Assembly (NCBI GenBank): GCA_964016885.1
Contig: OZ024741.1
Location: 33,666,001-33,730,000 of the forward strand
Direction: 5' to 3'
Origin: Eledone cirrhosa
Taxonomy: Eukaryota
DNA length: 64,000 bases
The position numbers and the translations under genes are program-made. Shown one piece after another: positions 58,293-64,000 of the stretch (position 1 is the first letter of the stretch; each line of letters begins with the position of its first letter). Below the pieces are notes generated by a model, which saw only the letters and a list, made by a program, of their open reading frames with translations, was not told where the DNA came from and made no database searches.

Positions 58293-59313
58293 GTGTGTTT
58301 CTTATTGGCAACATGACCCTCCCAAAGTATAACAATATCGGTTTCAACATACGATTTCAGATAAAGAATCTTGCTAAACAAATTCAGAAACGAAATATAT
58401 ATATATATATATAGTAATAATAATAAATTTATGTGTATACGGGAGTTTTGCGTCTGTGTGAGTATGCAGGTTCGTACTTCATGTTTTGGTTGACTTACGT
58501 CTCCGAACATTTGTGTATTTACATGTAGGTATGTGTGTGCGCTTGTTATATACGTATTTATTTATTTATATACGTTTATTTAATTATTTATTTATTTGTA
58601 TACACGCATACACACACACACATTTATATGTGCGTGGTTTTGTATACCTATGGTAAGTGTTTTCGCGTATGCTTGTGTACGTATTTGTATGCGTGTATGT
58701 ATTTATTTAATTTCTATTACCTCTGTATCGTATTTATTTACTTTGTTCTTAACTCTGAAGCGGAGATTCATTTGGTCTCCTAGTTAGAATTTTAGTCTAC
58801 GACTTCTGCTATACCATTTACGTGGTTTTGTCTTTGCGTGCAATTGTTCTCCACGCTCCACATATGACGTATTATCTTCGTTTTTTTTCGTTCATTGCCA
58901 GAGAACGTCTCTATGAACCACCTAAGGGAACATTAGTCTACGACTTCTTTTATACCATAATCGTGGTTCTGTCTTTGCGCGTATTTTTTTTTCACCGCTC
59001 CTATTAATGACGTATTATATTCGTTTTTTCCCGTTCTTTGCCAGCGAACGTTTCCACGAACCAAAGTATCGTCTTCCTGTCTTCCTCCGGTTGCAACGTT
59101 TTTTGAAATATCCACTTCTGCGTTTACAGATTGACTTTGTTAGTTTCAGAAGATCCCGTTAAGGGTGAAAGCAGCGATTCTTTGCTTAAACTTTAATATG
59201 TTATTTTAATAAATATATATATATATATATATATGAAGGCATAACATATTGTTAATATGATATCCCTGAAATATATATATATATGCTTAAACTTTAATAT
59301 GTTATTTTAATAA

Positions 59314-59420
<107 letters not shown>

Positions 59421-59474
59421 TAAACAAATAATGAATAAAACAATGAAACAGTTCCTTATATTAAACAAAAAAAG

Positions 59475-59629
59475 TTCATTATTTAACGATCGTTTCTAGG
59501 ATATATATGTGTTAGAATTGGCATGCATATTCAACAGATCTATGTACAAAATTATACAAAATTATACAAACTATCAAGATTAAATATACATACCAAACAC
59601 ACATATATGCCGTCTTCAGAAATAATGAA
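59475..59629 (-). ncRNA. Hammerhead ribozyme with ~116-nt stem II (inverted copy)
   Basis: Reverse complement of 62245-62399. Confidence 0.75.
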
Positions 59630-59726
59630 ATATATTTATTGATAATAACAACAATTCAAAATTTCAGGTCCGTTTGGGAACGGAGTTCAAAATTGACCAA
59701 TGAAAATACAAAAAGTTTTATGCAGT

Positions 59727-59887
59727 GTAAGCGTGTATGTATGAATATATATGTAGGTAGGTGTATATATGTTTGGGTGTTTATATCTGAGTATAAAAAT
59801 ACATATATGCGCATGCAAATAAGAATGCATGATTGTGTGTATATATATATATGTATATATATATGTGTGTATATATGCATGTGTATA

Positions 59888-59918
<31 letters not shown>

Positions 59919-60138
59919 GTGTATATGTGTATATGTGTGTGGGCGTGTATGTGTGTGTGTATGTATATATGTATATGTGTGTATGTATGTGTATGTATAT
60001 ATATATGTCTCTCTATATATATGTCTATCTTCGTATCTATGTGGGTATATGTGTGTATGTACATGTATGCACATGTATATGTTTATGTGTATATGTGTGT
60101 ATGTGTATATATGTACGTGTGCGCACATATATATGTGA

Positions 60139-60170
<32 letters not shown>

Positions 60171-61026
60171 GTATATCTATGTGTGTATATATATATATTC
60201 GTATGTGTATATATATATATTATTTATTATTGTAATATTTATTATTATAATATAACTTATGTATATATGTATATATGTGAAGGTGTGTATATGTATATAT
60301 ATGTATATATATATGTAAAAATATATATGTGTATGTGTGTTTTTTTGTGTGTGTGTATATATATGTATATATGTGTGTATGTATGTGTTTGTATGTGTGT
60401 TTATGGTTGTATGTGTGTGTGGGTATATATATAAATGTATGTGTATATATATATATATATATATGTGTATATGTATCTCTATTAATGTGTCTATATATGT
60501 ATATGTATATACCTTTTTCTTTGTATGTCTGAGTTGTGTGAGAGTGTAGTAGTGTTTGTATGTATATACGCATATATGGATGCGTATGTATTTGTATATG
60601 TAAGTGCGTATGTGTGTATGAATATATATCTATATCTATGTACGAGTATGTATGTGTGTGTATGTATGTGTGTGTGTATGTATGTATGTGTGTATGTGTG
60701 TATATATATATATATATATGTGTGTATATGTATGCATGTATGTGCATGTATGTACATATATGTGTATGTATATGTGTATATATATATACGTATATATATA
60801 TATATATATATATATGTTTATTTTTTATATATATGTGTGTGTGTGTATGTGTGTGTATATATATCTTTATATATGTGTATGTGTATGTTTGTGTAGGTGT
60901 GTGTGTGTGTGTGACTATATATGTATGTGTGTATGTGTGTATGTATGTATGTGTATGTGTGTGTACATGTATGTATGTGTATGTATATATATGTGTATAT
61001 GTGTATGTATATATATATATATATAT

Positions 61027-61058
<32 letters not shown>

Positions 61059-61463
61059 GTATCTCTATTTGTATGTGTATATGTGTATATGTATATACCT
61101 TTTTCTTTGTATGTCTGTGTTGTGTGAGAGTGTAGTGGTGTTTGTATGTATATACCGATATATGGATGCGTAAGTATTTGTACATATGCGTATATATAAG
61201 TACGTATGTGTGGGTGAATATATTCTATGTCTATGTATGAGTATGTATGTGTGTGTATGTATGTGTATATGTGTGTATGTATGTATGTATATGTGTGTAT
61301 ATATATGTATGTATGTGTATGTCTGTATGTATATAAGTATGTATGTGTATGTATATGTGCGTGTATGTGTATATATATATATATGTGTGTCTATGTATGT
61401 GTGTGTGTATATATGTGTATATATGTGTGTATATATATGTGTGTATATATATATATATATGTA

Positions 61464-61494
<31 letters not shown>

Positions 61495-61538
61495 GTATAT
61501 ATTTATATATGTGTGTGTGTGAGTGTTGTATGTGTAGA

Positions 61539-61613
<75 letters not shown>

Positions 61614-62147
61614 ATATATATATATATATATTTTCTTGATATATTTCTTTTTTCTTTTTTCTTTCTCTTTTCTTTTCTTTTTATTTCTAAGTTTATAGAT
61701 ACATCTATAAATAAGCAGTCTGCCCAATCCGTTGAATACTGACCTCTCCCCCCCTCCCACCTAATTTCTGTATCTTGATCTAAATGTGTGTGGCAGTGTT
61801 TATGTGAGTGAATTAATATCCATGTGCTTATGATAATATTATATCCACATATATATGTGTGTGGGTGTGTGTGTGTGTATGTATGTTCGTAATTATGTGT
61901 ATGTTTATGCATATACGCGCGCGTGTGTGTGAGTGTACGGATGTGTGTGAGTATGAGAATATGTGTATACACTTATTTCATATTTATGTGTCTATACGCA
62001 TTTTATCTGTGGATTATAAACTTACAGAGACATTAGCCTTGAATTTTCGTATTTGCATACATCTTTTTGGCATGCGTATGCATGTTGGGCATATATCTTT
62101 GTATAAATATCTGTACGGGGTTAGTTACATGTATATACACACACCAA
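59727..62147. repeat. Low-complexity (TG/TA) region with an internal ~100-bp duplication (60505-60600 / 61095-61190)
   Basis: Visible in sequence. Confidence 0.85.
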
Positions 62148-62244
62148 ACTGCATAAAACTTTTTGTATTTTCATTGGTCAATTTTGAACTCCGTTCCCAA
62201 ACGGACCTGAAATTTTGAATTGTTGTTATTATCAATAAATATAT

Positions 62245-62399
62245 TTCATTATTTCTGAAGACGGCATATATCTGTGTTTGGTATGTATATTTAATCTTGA
62301 TAGTTTGTATAATTTTGTATAATTTTGTACATAGATCTGTTGAATATGCATGCCAATTCTAACACATATATATCCTAGAAACGATCGTTAAATAATGAA
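62245..62399 (+). ncRNA. Hammerhead ribozyme with ~116-nt stem II
   Basis: TTCATTATTT-CTGAAGA-[62262-62377]-GAAA-CGATCG-TT-AAATAATGAA; perfect 10-bp stem I and palindromic stem III. Confidence 0.78.
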
Positions 62400-62593
62400 C
62401 TTTTTTTGTTTAATATAAGGAACTGTTTCATTGTTTTATTCATTATTTGTTTAATATTTTATCTTGACTCTGTATTCCGTTTATCTTTCACCGAAAGTGA
62501 TTTTTCATTACATCTCTTCTTTCCATGATATCCGGAATACATTGAGTTCTTCATACGGATTGGACACTACCGTAAACTCTTGGTAGATTTATC

Positions 62594-62627
<34 letters not shown>

Positions 62628-63415
62628 GGCATGACATATTGTTAATATGATATCCCTGAAATATATATAATGAAATAAATATGGTTTTATAAATATAGTT
62701 TCCATTTATTTAATATCATATATATATATATATATATATATTAGTAATTGGAAAGACCAACGGAAACATTGTTTCCTCGGTCCGATTTGACGAAAGTTGA
62801 TCGACTGTCGATAGATAGATAGATAGATTATATACGCATATATACATATATTCAAAAAAAGGAAATAAGTGTTTCTTCACGTGCCACAAGGTCATGGAAG
62901 GAGACATGTTACAAGTGAAAGAGCCGAAACAGGAAACCACGAAACAGTGAAGGTTTTACAAGACTGGGTCAAAACAATACAGAAACGTCTTCGAATATGA
63001 GTTTGTGTTGGGGGAGAAAAAGCGGGACTGACATAGAAAGAAAGTGGGTGTGTGAGAGAGAGAGAGAGAGAGTGAGAGATTGAGAACGTGATTTAGTGAG
63101 AGATATAGTGAAGATGTGTGTGTGTGTGAGAGAGAGAAAGAGAACGTGATTAAGTGAGAGATGTTGTGAAGATGTGTGTGTATGAGTGATTGAGAGATAT
63201 AATGAAGATGTGTGTGTGAGAGAGAGAGAGAGATAATGAAGATATGTGTGTGAGAGAGAGAGGAGGAGAGGGAGAGAATGAGTAAAAGAGAAAGTGAGTA
63301 TGACAGTGATTATGTGGGTGAGAGAGAGACGAAGTACATAGTATATAACTGTGAGAAAGAACATCAGTAGGTAATAAATACAAACAGAAAGAGAGTGTGA
63401 GTAAGTGAGAGAGAG

Positions 63416-63453
<38 letters not shown>

Positions 63454-63851
63454 AGTGTTTAAAAAATAGAGAGAGAGGGGGGGGGGGGGTGGAAAGATGG
63501 AGGAGATAGAAAGAAAGAGCTAGTGTGGGCGAGAAATTGAGAGAGAGAGAGAGAGATTTCACGCACAATGAAATGTTCAGCTGTGTTGTGTGAATGGTGT
63601 TAAACTGGCCCAGATATTTAACACAGTTTAACAATAAAAACTTAGTTTGTTAACGTAGAGAGAGGTTAAAAAAAAGAGAGAGAGAGATAAAGATTAGTGG
63701 GTTTTAGTTTGACATTTTCTCTCCGTCTGTCCTTCCTTCCTTCCTACATTCCTACCTTCCCAACTTTCCATATTAAACTAGTATTCCAGAACGAAGAACA
63801 CTGTAGGCTTTGATAGTAAGGGCTTCCGAACAACACTAGAGCTGGTGCGTG

Positions 63852-63934
<83 letters not shown>

Positions 63935-64000
63935 ACATATATATATATGTTCCCAGGTACGAGACGAAACGCCTTATACAATAGAACACCTACACATAGT

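Larger units (their letters stand above)
57517..58338 (-). mobile_element. 5'-truncated Penelope-like element: GIY-YIG, hammerhead and tail, with inverted tail copy at the 5' junction
   Basis: 46-bp inverted termini 57517-57562/58293-58338 enclosing the endonuclease and ribozyme listed separately. Confidence 0.88.

Noticed and set aside
59639-62218. Many overlapping Y/I/C/V/M and H/T ORFs
   Set aside because: Translations of TG/TA low-complexity sequence.

Overview
AT-rich eukaryotic DNA saturated with microsatellites. The SINE families and repeat density look like an Octopus/cephalopod genome (inference from recall, not a database search). Nearly all listed ORFs are translations of simple repeats. 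Recognisable content: two tRNA-derived SINE families (>20 copies); decayed Penelope-like element (PLE) reverse transcriptase (RT) and GIY-YIG remnants; two Tx1/L1-type zf-RVT 3' fragments in (TATC)n; two non-autonomous Helitrons; mariner/Tc1 and hAT MITEs; a 3.8-kb satellite with a 1578-bp higher-order duplication; and three candidate exons of a minus-strand host gene. The most striking signal is a swarm of short, mostly non-coding, (TA)n-inserted elements carrying type I hammerhead ribozymes. About 13 are complete or nearly complete (one family has a ~116-nt stem II), and many more are half-ribozymes in fold-back palindromes. About 14 of these elements, from at least 8 sequence-unrelated families, share a second covarying RNA structure mostly 41-55 nt from their 3' end: ACUC-[variable stem]-2-nt U-led bulge-GAGU-(R)CU. 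I do not recognise this motif; it may be the RT-recognition/initiation element of these retroelements.
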